From assembly GCA_028244835.1 (NCBI GenBank), contig JAOKBJ010000002.1, positions 12,942-76,941 of the forward strand: a DNA stretch of 64,000 nucleotides, read 5' to 3'. The notes under the pieces are model-generated. The model worked only from the letters and a program-made list of their open reading frames with translations, was not told the origin of the DNA and did not search any database. The position numbers were made by a program, and so were the translations under genes. Within the stretch, counting starts at the first letter, position 1, and every line of letters begins with the position of its first letter. The stretch is from Methylophilaceae bacterium. GTDB taxonomy: Bacteria > Pseudomonadota > Gammaproteobacteria > Burkholderiales > Methylophilaceae. This document shows positions 30,301 through 41,029 of this stretch, one piece after another.

Positions 30301-31284
30301 GTGGGTGGCGGTCATCCCTGTAATATTTACCAGACAACAAGAACAGAGCTTCAAGAAGCTTGGTCAGAAACTAGTTTTCAAATTCAATCTATCAGAGATA
30401 ACCCCAAGTCAGCAAAAGAAGAATTTGATCTTATTTCCGATGATAATAACCCTGGCATTAATCCTAGAGTTAATTTTGAAATACCCTCTCAAATTAATGT
30501 ATCTAAACTAAAACCAAAAATTGCTATTTTGAGAGAGCAAGGAATTAATGGTCATAGCGAAATGGCTGCAGCTTTTAATTATGCAGGCTTTGAAGCGCAT
30601 GATGTTCATATGTCTGACATTCTTAGTGGACAAAAAAGTTTAAAAGATTTTAATGGGCTAGCTGCGTGCGGAGGTTTCTCTTTTGGTGATGTGTTAGGTG
30701 CTGGTGAAGGTTGGGCAAAATCAATCCTTTTTAATAATAAATTACGAGATGAGTTCCAGGAATTTTTTGAAAGAAAAGATACTATTGCTCTTGGTGTTTG
30801 TAATGGATGTCAAATGATGAGTAATATTAAAGAAATTATCCCAGGGGCAGATTTATGGCCCAAGTTTATTAAGAATGAGTCCGAACAGTTTGAAGCACGT
30901 TTTGTAATGGTTGAGATTACACCAAATAATTCTTTGTTTTTCGATGAAATGATAGGGAGCATTTTACCTGTTGTCGTTTCACATGGTGAGGGGCGAATTA
31001 AGTTTAACAATGAAAAGCATCTAAGTCTGAACGAATCATCAAATTTAATATCATTAAAATATGTAGATAACTATCATCAAGGAACTTTATTGTATCCAAT
31101 GAATCCAAATGGTTCTTTTTCTGGTATCACTGGTTTAACGAGTTCAGATGGAAGATTTTCAATTATGATGCCACATCCTGAAAGAGTGTTCAGGACCGAT
31201 CAAAATTCATGGCACCCAAATAATTGGAAAACATTTGGTCCTTGGTATAGAATGTTTGCCAACGCAAGTAAATTTTTTGTTTAA
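27319..31284 (+). CDS. purL: Phosphoribosylformylglycinamidine synthase (large type)
   Basis: NSEHCRHKIF, KVETHNHPT, HDVGAGG, LGVCNGCQ, MMPHPER. Confidence 0.97.
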   Translation: MQKNTITSFFGSRIYSEFRKSTLLNDALKSISEIKNLTSSYLHVIESKEKLSSKVQKSLSQILTYGEDIKEEVSPKNAIFIGPRIGTISPWSSRATDIVQQCGIDILRIERIKTISFVTNSGKPLSKRDKEAIGQLLYDRMTESIFIDQDDINKLFIHHNPRPLNHIDIIDKGISELQSFNEAQGLALSDDEINYLFKYFSSENRNPTDAELMMFAQANSEHCRHKIFNANWILNNKEQSESLFSMIRNTHKISPQKTIVAYSDNSSIIEGSVIKRFYPDINNKFIEHNELTHYLMKVETHNHPTAISPFAGAATGAGGEIRDEGATGRGSKPKAGLAGFSVSYLRIPNFIRVWEKNNIGKPERIASALQIMIDGPIGAAAYNNEFGRPNILGYFRALEFKYKDIPKAYGYHKPIMLAGGIGSISANHAHKEQLKDGNLLIQLGGPAMLIGLGGGAASSMKSGTNKENLDFASVQRGNPELQRRAQEVIDRCWQLADKNPILSIHDVGAGGLSNAFPELINDGGMGAIMNIRDIDNEELGMSPKEIWSNEAQERYVLAIDAKDLEIFSGICKRERCPFKVVGKTTKGKNLKVEDSLLKQDIVKMDLDVLLGKPPKLIKKVRGGFVNESKNTNYGSGKYWRSIKDDWLEALKEVLRYPSVSSKNFLITIGDRSVTGLIAQDQMVGPWQVPVSNVGVTKSTFDSITGEAMAIGEKAPIAMIDAAASARMAVSEAITNIAASAIEDISLIKLSANWMAASGSNKQDGELFRAVKAIGMELCPDLGISIPVGKDSMSMQTTWEDDEVKTVTSPISVIITAFSESYNVNKTLTPQLIPDEDTSIILIDLGAGKNRMGGSAYNLIKNDHDFSADEPPDLDNVKLIKNFFKGIQFLNKENKLLAYHDRSDGGLITSALEMAFAGRCGLELVLPFEKSTDGADEINKFLYNEELGALIQVNNKDIKFVQEYLGGELGLSLKTIGHPTKKYYNGGQRIAFSWTVGGGHPCNIYQTTRTELQEAWSETSFQIQSIRDNPKSAKEEFDLISDDNNPGINPRVNFEIPSQINVSKLKPKIAILREQGINGHSEMAAAFNYAGFEAHDVHMSDILSGQKSLKDFNGLAACGGFSFGDVLGAGEGWAKSILFNNKLRDEFQEFFERKDTIALGVCNGCQMMSNIKEIIPGADLWPKFIKNESEQFEARFVMVEITPNNSLFFDEMIGSILPVVVSHGEGRIKFNNEKHLSLNESSNLISLKYVDNYHQGTLLYPMNPNGSFSGITGLTSSDGRFSIMMPHPERVFRTDQNSWHPNNWKTFGPWYRMFANASKFFV

Positions 31285-31298
31285 CTGAAGGAATTATT

Positions 31299-31784
31299 AT
31301 GAAATTTTTATCTAGATTACTTACTATTTTTATAGCTATATTTTCACTAAATGCACTCGCTCTTAACGATGATCAAGAACTTGAGTTCACCGGTGCAGTT
31401 AACGAAGGTAATTTAAAAATTGTAAAAAAGTATGTTGAGACTACCGATTTAAAAATTAATGATAGTTATTTTGCATGGACGCCATTCCTTATGGCTGCAG
31501 CAAAAAATCAATTAGAAGTGATGAAATATCTTGTAAGTAAAGGGGCAAATATAACTTATACGCACCCAATCACTAGCTTTAATGCACTTCATCATGCCGC
31601 ATTTAATGGAAGCAAACCGATGATTGATTATTTAGTTGAAATTGGAATTGATAAAACTAAAAATCTTAAAGGTGATGTTTCAATAATAAGAGCATTAAAA
31701 GAAGATGGTAAGGGTAAAATGGCTGAATATCTTTTATCTATTGGATTTAAGGACGAGGGTTGCCAAGATAAAAAATGCTTCTAA
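31299..31784 (+). CDS. Exported ankyrin-repeat protein
   Basis: Signal peptide (ALA-L); TPFLMAA, NALHHAAFNG ankyrin motifs; RBS aagga. Confidence 0.85.
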   Translation: MKFLSRLLTIFIAIFSLNALALNDDQELEFTGAVNEGNLKIVKKYVETTDLKINDSYFAWTPFLMAAAKNQLEVMKYLVSKGANITYTHPITSFNALHHAAFNGSKPMIDYLVEIGIDKTKNLKGDVSIIRALKEDGKGKMAEYLLSIGFKDEGCQDKKCF

Positions 31785-31807
31785 ATTAATAAACTGAAAG
31801 TTATAAT

Positions 31808-31842
31808 AAAAAAGCCAATTTATAAAAAATTGGCTTTTTTTT
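31808..31842 (+). terminator. Intrinsic terminator after purL-ankyrin
   Basis: aaaaaagccaattt...aaattggctttttttt hairpin plus U tract. Confidence 0.85.
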
Positions 31843-31950
31843 CGCACTTATTCAGTTATTAAAGATTGGCGAGGTGGTTTAAGGGTTATGTCAGAGATTT
31901 CACAGACTTAGAAGTTAATTCAAAAACACATACCCTATTTTAAAAGGATC

Positions 31951-33132
31951 TTGAGAATGAAAATAAGTATTAGTACATTTATATACTTTTTAATCTTTCT
32001 AAATATTTCCGCTGTTAACTCGAAAGAGGATTTTAGTAATTATAAAAAATATGATCTAACTAAAACAAAATTCAAGTTAGATGTAATTACTTCAGAGCTA
32101 GATCATCCATGGGCATTAACATTTATCGATAATAAGCATTTGGTTATTACGGAAAAAAGTGGTGGCATTTATAAAGTCAATATAAGCACGGGTAAAAAAC
32201 AAGCAATCAAGCATGATATTCCGCATATTGGGTATGGTGGTAGAAGCGTAGCTTACTCACAAGGTGGTCTTTTAGATGTTTACTTCAATAGCGCAGATGG
32301 TTTTATTTATTTCACTTATAGCCATGACTTTCAAGAGTTGAAGCTTAATAAAAAACCAAGCAAAGCATCAAGTACAGCTATAACTAGAGGAAAATTATTT
32401 GGAAATGAGATTAAAGAGTTGGAGATTTTGTTAATTGCACACCCAAAACAACAATCCAGCAAACATTTTGGCTCAAGAATTTCCATTAAAGACGATATAC
32501 TTTTTGCCAGTTTTGGAGAGCGTGATAAAGGAATGATTGCTCAAGACCCCACTAAACACCCAGGCAGTATAATTCGCATTAAAACTAATGGAAAAATACC
32601 CAAAGATAACCCAAAATTTATTGGTAAAGATTTATGGCTTCCTGAAATTTATACTATTGGTGTTAGGAATCCTCAAGGTATGGCAATTTCACCTCATGAT
32701 GGGGAAGTGTATTTTTCAAGCCACGGTCCTCGAGGAGGAGATCATATTGGCAAGGTCAAATCTGGTGCAAATTATGGTTGGAAAGATATTGCATGGGGAG
32801 GTTCTGAATACTCTGGGTTTAGTATTGGAAATGAACCATTTAATAAAAAATATGACAAACCAATTAAAACATGGGTACCTTCAATTGCTATTAGCAGTAT
32901 TCAGTTTTATAAAGGAAGTGTTTTTTCTGATTGGCAAGGGGATTTAATCGTATCCTCATTGAATGGAAAAAGTCTAATAAGATTAGATTATGAAAACAAT
33001 AAAATTGTAGATGAGGAAATCATTTTTAAAAATAAAATTGGGCGTATCAGAGATTTTACAATTGATACTCAAGGTAATATCTATCTTGTAAGTGATAGCC
33101 CTAATTCTAAACTATGGAAACTCAGTAAATAA
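31951..33132 (+). CDS. PQQ-dependent aldose sugar dehydrogenase family (GSDH/YliI-like)
   Basis: Signal peptide; LDHPW, QGGLLD, HFGSR, GVRNPQG, HGPRGGD, GANYGW, GRIRD. Confidence 0.92.
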   Translation: MRMKISISTFIYFLIFLNISAVNSKEDFSNYKKYDLTKTKFKLDVITSELDHPWALTFIDNKHLVITEKSGGIYKVNISTGKKQAIKHDIPHIGYGGRSVAYSQGGLLDVYFNSADGFIYFTYSHDFQELKLNKKPSKASSTAITRGKLFGNEIKELEILLIAHPKQQSSKHFGSRISIKDDILFASFGERDKGMIAQDPTKHPGSIIRIKTNGKIPKDNPKFIGKDLWLPEIYTIGVRNPQGMAISPHDGEVYFSSHGPRGGDHIGKVKSGANYGWKDIAWGGSEYSGFSIGNEPFNKKYDKPIKTWVPSIAISSIQFYKGSVFSDWQGDLIVSSLNGKSLIRLDYENNKIVDEEIIFKNKIGRIRDFTIDTQGNIYLVSDSPNSKLWKLSK

Positions 33133-33165
33133 AGAATTTTTTTAAATTTAATAAAAGGTAAAAAT

Positions 33166-33990
33166 ATGAAAAATTTAACAATGGTATTAATAATTTTTTT
33201 AGGTATAACAAATTTAAGCTTTGCACATGAGATGCAGTATGGTGGGCTGAGCATGCCAGAATCAGTCGCAGAAGGTCCGGATGGCTATATTTATGTTTCT
33301 GAAATAGGAAAAAAGGATAAAGATGGTGATGGAAAAATAAGTAAAATTGATAAAAAAGGCAATGTTATTCCTTTTGCAACAGGTCTCTATGACCCAAAAG
33401 GTATAGTTTTTTATAAAGAAAAACTTTATGTAACTGATAGAGATGTAATTATTGAAGTTAATACTGATGGAACATGGACAGTTTTTGGTTCAACAATGGC
33501 TTTCCCAAAAACCCCTGTTTTTCTTAATGATATTGATGTAGATTCTGATGGGAATTTCTATATTACAGATAGTAGTAACTTTGAAACAGGTGGAATTGTT
33601 TTTAAAATGAATCTAGCTGGGAATATAACTGTTCTTTTTGATGATGAAGAAAAAGGTATTAAAGCACCAAATGGGATCCTTCCTATCGGAAATAATAAGC
33701 TCTTATTACTTGATTGGGGTGGAGAGCTGTTTGAAGTAGATACTAAAACTAAGATATTTACAAAATTAGGAGAAGGTTTTCCAGGTGGGGATGGCTTAGC
33801 AATCAAAAATGGAACGATATATATAAGTAGCTGGAAGGAAGGAAAGGTATACGAATTTAGAAATGGCAAATCAAAAGTAATTCTAGAAGGCTTTATCGCT
33901 GCTGCTGATATTGCATTAACAAAGGATAAAACTCATTTAATTATTCCAGATATGAAAGCAGGTACAGTTACAATATATCCTTTAAAATAA
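33166..33990 (+). CDS. Exported SMP-30/gluconolactonase-like beta-propeller
   Basis: Signal peptide; PESV, DPKGI, FLNDI, APNGI, GDGL, AADI repeats. Confidence 0.8.
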   Translation: MKNLTMVLIIFLGITNLSFAHEMQYGGLSMPESVAEGPDGYIYVSEIGKKDKDGDGKISKIDKKGNVIPFATGLYDPKGIVFYKEKLYVTDRDVIIEVNTDGTWTVFGSTMAFPKTPVFLNDIDVDSDGNFYITDSSNFETGGIVFKMNLAGNITVLFDDEEKGIKAPNGILPIGNNKLLLLDWGGELFEVDTKTKIFTKLGEGFPGGDGLAIKNGTIYISSWKEGKVYEFRNGKSKVILEGFIAAADIALTKDKTHLIIPDMKAGTVTIYPLK

Positions 33991-34099
33991 GATTAAGTTA
34001 AAGATTATAATATTCAAATAAAGTTTATGCACATTATATAAAATCGATTAAGCATTCTGATATCATATTGCATTGAGCAACAAAGTTTAAAGAGTGTAA

Positions 34100-35260
34100 A
34101 TGAATCTTCATGAGTATCAAGCTAAGGAATTGCTAAAAGCTAATGGAATAAATATTCCAAAAGGTAGAGTTTCACGTAGTGCAGAAGAAACTCATACAAT
34201 CGCTAAACAATTTAATTCAAATATTGCAATCAAAGCACAAATACATGCAGGTGGAAGAGGTAAAGCTGGTGGAGTTAAAATAATTAAATCAACAGAAGAG
34301 GCTAGAGAATTTGCTTCTCTCATTCTGGGACAAAACCTTACAACTGAACAAAATAGACCTCATGGCCAACCTGTAACTAAATTATTAATAGAAGAGACAA
34401 TTTCTATTAAAAAAGAACTATACTTCTCAATTTTAATAGATAGGCAATCAGAATCTATAGTAATAATAACCTCAAAATTTGGAGGGATGGATATAGAAGA
34501 GATAGCCAGTAAGGATAATAATTCTATTGTTAAAGAATATTTCAAAATTAATCAGAATTTAACTCCCCCACAAATTAATAATTTAGCAATAGGACTTGGA
34601 ATAGAAAAAAAACTATTTTCCAAATTTGAAAATTTTCTTACCGCTTGCTTTAATTTGTTTAAAAACTTAGATTTGTCACTTCTTGAGATCAATCCATTAG
34701 TTATTTCAAATAATGATGAAATTGTTGCTATAGATTGTAAAATAATTTTAGATGACAATGCTCGATTTCGTCATAAGGGAATTAGTGAAGCTTATGACTG
34801 GCTTCAAATTGATAAAAAAGAAGCTGAGGCTTTTCACGAAGGGTTAAGTTATATTGCGTTGGAGGGTAATATAGGCTGTATGGTGAATGGTGCAGGATTA
34901 GCTATGGCTACAATGGATTTAATTAAAATTTCTGGTGGGCAACCTGCAAACTTTTTAGATGTTGGGGGTGGTGCTACATCGGATACTGTAAATAAAGCTT
35001 TCAAAATTTTACTTTCTGATAAAAATGTTCGCGTTGTATTGGTAAATATATTTGGTGGGATTATGAGGTGTGACATTATTGCTGAAGGAATAATAGCTGC
35101 TATTAAAGAAGTGGGTGTTAAAATACCCATAGTTGTTCGCTTAGAAGGAACAAATGTCGAGCTTGGAAAAAAAATTTTAAAGGAAAGTAATCTAAATATT
35201 ATATCTGCTGACAGCCTAACTGATGCAGCAAAGAAGTCAGTCGACCTCACTATTTTATAA
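34100..35260 (+). CDS. sucC: Succinyl-CoA synthetase beta subunit
   Basis: [35 protein letters not shown]. Confidence 0.97.
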   Translation: MNLHEYQAKELLKANGINIPKGRVSRSAEETHTIAKQFNSNIAIKAQIHAGGRGKAGGVKIIKSTEEAREFASLILGQNLTTEQNRPHGQPVTKLLIEETISIKKELYFSILIDRQSESIVIITSKFGGMDIEEIASKDNNSIVKEYFKINQNLTPPQINNLAIGLGIEKKLFSKFENFLTACFNLFKNLDLSLLEINPLVISNNDEIVAIDCKIILDDNARFRHKGISEAYDWLQIDKKEAEAFHEGLSYIALEGNIGCMVNGAGLAMATMDLIKISGGQPANFLDVGGGATSDTVNKAFKILLSDKNVRVVLVNIFGGIMRCDIIAEGIIAAIKEVGVKIPIVVRLEGTNVELGKKILKESNLNIISADSLTDAAKKSVDLTIL

Positions 35261-35267
35261 ACTATAT

Positions 35268-36140
35268 ATGTCTATTCTTATAAATAAAAATACAAAAGTT
35301 TTGTGCCAAGGCTTCACAGGTAAGCAAGGAACATTTCATAGTGAGCAATCAATCAAATATGGCACTAAGATTGTTGGTGGGGTTACTCCTGGAAAAGGTG
35401 GACAAACTCATCTTAATCTACCTGTTTTCAACACTGTAAAAGAAGCAGTTAATGAGACAAGTGCCAATGCGACAATGATTTATGTTCCACCAAGGTTTGC
35501 AGCAGAGTCTATCGTAGAAGCTAGTGAAGCAGGTATTGAGATTATTGTTTGTATAACTGAAGGTATACCAGTAATTGATATGCTAAAAGTAAAGCAAAGT
35601 ATTAAATCAAATAATGCTATTCTTATTGGCCCCAATTGCCCAGGCATTATTACTCCAAATGAATGTAAAATTGGAATTATGCCAGGAGAAATTCATAAGC
35701 CTGGAGTAATTGGAATTGTTTCAAGATCGGGTACTTTAACGTATGAAGCAGTGCATCAAACTTCGATGAATGGGCTGGGACAAACAACTTGTATTGGTAT
35801 TGGAGGAGACCCCATAAAAGGCCTTAATTTTATAGAGTGCTTGCAAATGTTTGAGGATGATCCAAATACAGAAGGGATCATTATGGTAGGAGAAATTGGA
35901 GGGTTAGATGAAGAACTTGCTGCTGAATTTATTAGTAGTAACATTAAAAAACCAGTTGTTGCATATATAGCTGGGCTAACTGCACCAAAAGGAAAAAGGA
36001 TGGGGCATGCCGGAGCAATTATATCTGGTAACTCTGGTAAAGCTATTGATAAAATTAATACTTTAAAAAAATCAGGTGTATCGATTTCTGAGTCGCCAGC
36101 AACGATGGGGCTAATAATGGCTCAATCTTTAAAAAAATAA
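35268..36140 (+). CDS. sucD: Succinyl-CoA synthetase alpha subunit
   Basis: [28 protein letters not shown]; true start ATG 35268. Confidence 0.97.
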   Translation: MSILINKNTKVLCQGFTGKQGTFHSEQSIKYGTKIVGGVTPGKGGQTHLNLPVFNTVKEAVNETSANATMIYVPPRFAAESIVEASEAGIEIIVCITEGIPVIDMLKVKQSIKSNNAILIGPNCPGIITPNECKIGIMPGEIHKPGVIGIVSRSGTLTYEAVHQTSMNGLGQTTCIGIGGDPIKGLNFIECLQMFEDDPNTEGIIMVGEIGGLDEELAAEFISSNIKKPVVAYIAGLTAPKGKRMGHAGAIISGNSGKAIDKINTLKKSGVSISESPATMGLIMAQSLKK

Positions 36141-36149
36141 AACTAAAGA

Positions 36150-37091
36150 ATGAGAAATATTCTACAAATTTTATTTTTTTATATTGCATGTACCGCAACC
36201 CAGTTGCATTCTGAAGAAATTTCATATTTACTGACTGCATCTGCAAAAGGTGATATAGAAACAGTAAAGGCAATTATTCAAAGTGGAGGTGATCCAAATA
36301 CAGAGGATAAAGACAATACAAATGCATTAATGTATGCATCAAGGAAGAATCAAGTCGTGGTAATCAAATATTTAATTTCTCAAGGGGCAGACGTAAATAA
36401 AGTAGAAAATGATGGTTGGACTGCTCTAATGTTTGCTGCAAAGAAAAACTACACGGAAACTGTCGAAGTCCTTCTTAAAAATAATGCTGATCCAAAAATA
36501 ACAGATCCAGATGGCTGGTCTGCTTATGGATTAGCAGCAACTTCAGGGCATTACAAAACTATCGATTTACTTCTTAAAGGTGGTATTGATCCAAATAGTA
36601 GAAACAGTTCAGGGTTAACTGTATTAATGCTGGCATGTAAAAGTGGTAACGTTAAAACTATAGAAATATTAATTAATAATGGTGCAAAAGTTGAATTAAA
36701 GGATAGATATGGTAAAACAGCACTAATTCATGCTGCATCCAATGGGAATGAAAATGCACTAAATCTTCTTCTTCATAAAGGTGCAAAAGTTAATATTACT
36801 GATAAGTATGAATGGAGTGCTCTAATGTGGGCTATAAATAATAAAAAATATAAAGCTGCAAAAGTTCTCGTTCTTTATGGGGCTGATATAAATCATAAAG
36901 ATAATGAGGGCTCATATTTAATTCATTACGCTGTCCACAGCAAATCAATTAAATTCATAAAACTTCTAATTGATGCAAAAGTTAATTTGAAAGCTAAAGA
37001 TCAATATGGTTTAACAGCTCTGGTTTATGCATTGAAGAATAAAAAGAAAAATATAGTTGATCTAATCAAGAAATCTGGTGGGAAATACTAA
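36150..37091 (+). CDS. Exported multi-ankyrin-repeat protein (about 8 repeats)
   Basis: Signal-like N-terminus; repeated G.TALM.A...G/N...V..L...GA units. Confidence 0.92.
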   Translation: MRNILQILFFYIACTATQLHSEEISYLLTASAKGDIETVKAIIQSGGDPNTEDKDNTNALMYASRKNQVVVIKYLISQGADVNKVENDGWTALMFAAKKNYTETVEVLLKNNADPKITDPDGWSAYGLAATSGHYKTIDLLLKGGIDPNSRNSSGLTVLMLACKSGNVKTIEILINNGAKVELKDRYGKTALIHAASNGNENALNLLLHKGAKVNITDKYEWSALMWAINNKKYKAAKVLVLYGADINHKDNEGSYLIHYAVHSKSIKFIKLLIDAKVNLKAKDQYGLTALVYALKNKKKNIVDLIKKSGGKY

Positions 37092-37097
37092 TAAGTT

Positions 37098-39049
<1,952 letters not shown>

Positions 39050-39053
39050 TTTT

Positions 39054-39788
39054 TTAGTTTTTTTCCAAGTACTTTCTAATTAAGACTAAGTCCTCAGGGG
39101 TATCTATACCTCTATAAACCTTTCCCTCATATTTCAATATCATCAGTGATATATTATTTTCTAAGGCTCTTAACTGTTCAAGTTTTAAAGAATTTTCTAG
39201 TTTAGAAATAGGTAGGCTACAAAAATTATCTAATAATCTTTTTGTATACCCATAAATACCAATATGATGAAAATTTTTCTGCAAATTCCAGTTTTCTTTG
39301 TTTTTTATTAATGCTTCTCTGTAAAATTTTATAGCAAACTGCGCATGGTCAAATACGACCTTTACATTGTTTGGGTTTAAATAGTCATCAAAATTTTCAA
39401 ACTGTGAGCAAGCACTCACATAATTAATATTGCTTCCATGAAGTCTGTTAGCTAGTAACTTAATTAATCCTGAATTAATGAGTGGCTCGTCCCCCTGAAC
39501 ATTAATGATAATCTCATCATCAATCCACCCTTTTTGATTTGCTACATCTAAAACTCTATCTGTTCCTGAAATATGATTTTTATCAGTCATTAAAGCCTCA
39601 AACCCATACTTTTCAGCAGTATCCATTATTCTTTTATCATCAGTAGCAATGACTACACTCTTAGCACCACTTTCACTTGCTTGAAATGCAGTTCTAATAA
39701 CCATTGGAATTCCGGCAATATCAATTAATGGCTTCCCTGGCAACCTTGAACTTGCATATCTAGCAGGAATGACTACATTAAATTCCAT
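39054..39788 (-). CDS. kdsB: 3-deoxy-manno-octulosonate cytidylyltransferase
   Basis: IPARYASSRLPGKPL, NVQGDEP, LEQLRAL. Confidence 0.96.
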   Translation of the reverse strand: MEFNVVIPARYASSRLPGKPLIDIAGIPMVIRTAFQASESGAKSVVIATDDKRIMDTAEKYGFEALMTDKNHISGTDRVLDVANQKGWIDDEIIINVQGDEPLINSGLIKLLANRLHGSNINYVSACSQFENFDDYLNPNNVKVVFDHAQFAIKFYREALIKNKENWNLQKNFHHIGIYGYTKRLLDNFCSLPISKLENSLKLEQLRALENNISLMILKYEGKVYRGIDTPEDLVLIRKYLEKN

Positions 39789-39790
39789 TT

Positions 39791-39964
39791 TTAGTCTTTT
39801 CCAGAGATCTTTCTGGCTTCACTTTCAAGTAAAATAGGGATTCCATCCTCAATTCGATAAGCTAACTTAGCCGATTTTGATATAAGCTCATTATTCTTTT
39901 TATCGAATATAAGAGGTCCTTTAGTTACTGGACAAACAAGAATGCTTAATAAATTTTTATCCAT
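39791..39964 (-). CDS. ycaR: Trm112/YcaR family small protein (57 aa)
   Basis: Hand translation [57 protein letters not shown]; canonical lpxK-ycaR-kdsB position; below ORF-track cutoff. Confidence 0.93.
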   Translation of the reverse strand: MDKNLLSILVCPVTKGPLIFDKKNNELISKSAKLAYRIEDGIPILLESEARKISGKD

Positions 39965-39965
39965 T

Positions 39966-41027
39966 TTAATTAATCCTTAATTTTTTCATCATTTTTTTAA
40001 ATAACTTTTCATCCAAATCCACATATATTGGTAAATACCAATAATTTATATTTACAAATTTTTTACACTTCACAGCATCTTTTTCAGTCATTATAATATT
40101 CATATCAGAATAAATCTTAAAATCAGACTTGGTAAATACATGATGGTCGTTAAAAATTTTAGTGTCAATAAATGGTATTTTGGCAGCAATTAATTGATTA
40201 AAGAATCTTTCTGGATTGCCAATTCCAGTTATCGCAACTAAATTTTTTTTTGCAAGAATGTCTAAATTAAATATTTGATCTCGATTAAAACAATTTACTA
40301 GAACATCCGCATAATAGGTCATTTTGAATGCCAAGCCTTCGTTTATATTTTTATTTTTTTTCTCAATCATACTATCGTATTTTTCTGATGCATTAAGGTG
40401 TCCATTTAATACCAAAGCATCCACTTCATTAATTTTGGAAACACTCTCTCTCAATGGTCCGGCTGGGATTAAAAATTTATTGCCAAATTGCCTAGCTTCA
40501 TCAACAACAACTATTTCAAAATCCCTTTCTAACTCATAATGCTGTAAGCCATCATCAGAAATTAAAATATTCACATTAGGATAAGACTCCAATAATGCTT
40601 GCCCAACATGCACCTTCCTCTTACCAACAAATATAGGGATATCTTTGTTATAATTTTTTTTAAAGCGCAGTTTAATCATTAAGGCCTCATCGCCTACATT
40701 TGATACTTTTGAGTCTAATAAAACTTCCTTAGGAGATTTAGCATTAGAGTTGTAGCCGCTACAAATTAGGCCAGGTTTCATACCTTTTTTTATCAATCTT
40801 TCTAGCAGCCATATAACTAGTGGTGTTTTACCTGTACCTCCAATAGTAATATTTCCAATCACTACAACAGGAACATCCATCTTGATTGATTTAAAAATAC
40901 CAATCCTGTAAGCCCAAATTCTAAAATAAATTATTAGAAAATAAATAAAACTTAATGGGAGTAAAATTAAAATCCAAGAAGATTTTTTATAATATTGCCT
41001 ATTTAGAATCTCATGAATTGATCTCAA
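39966..41027 (-). CDS. lpxK: Tetraacyldisaccharide 4'-kinase
   Basis: [34 protein letters not shown]. Confidence 0.95.
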   Translation of the reverse strand: MRSIHEILNRQYYKKSSWILILLPLSFIYFLIIYFRIWAYRIGIFKSIKMDVPVVVIGNITIGGTGKTPLVIWLLERLIKKGMKPGLICSGYNSNAKSPKEVLLDSKVSNVGDEALMIKLRFKKNYNKDIPIFVGKRKVHVGQALLESYPNVNILISDDGLQHYELERDFEIVVVDEARQFGNKFLIPAGPLRESVSKINEVDALVLNGHLNASEKYDSMIEKKNKNINEGLAFKMTYYADVLVNCFNRDQIFNLDILAKKNLVAITGIGNPERFFNQLIAAKIPFIDTKIFNDHHVFTKSDFKIYSDMNIIMTEKDAVKCKKFVNINYWYLPIYVDLDEKLFKKMMKKLRIN

Positions 41028-41029
41028 AT

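Noticed and set aside
31866-31900. tRNA-like start ggcgaggtgg and reverse-strand ...cctcgcca
   Set aside because: No T-loop GTTCGA and no cloverleaf or acceptor-stem partner.
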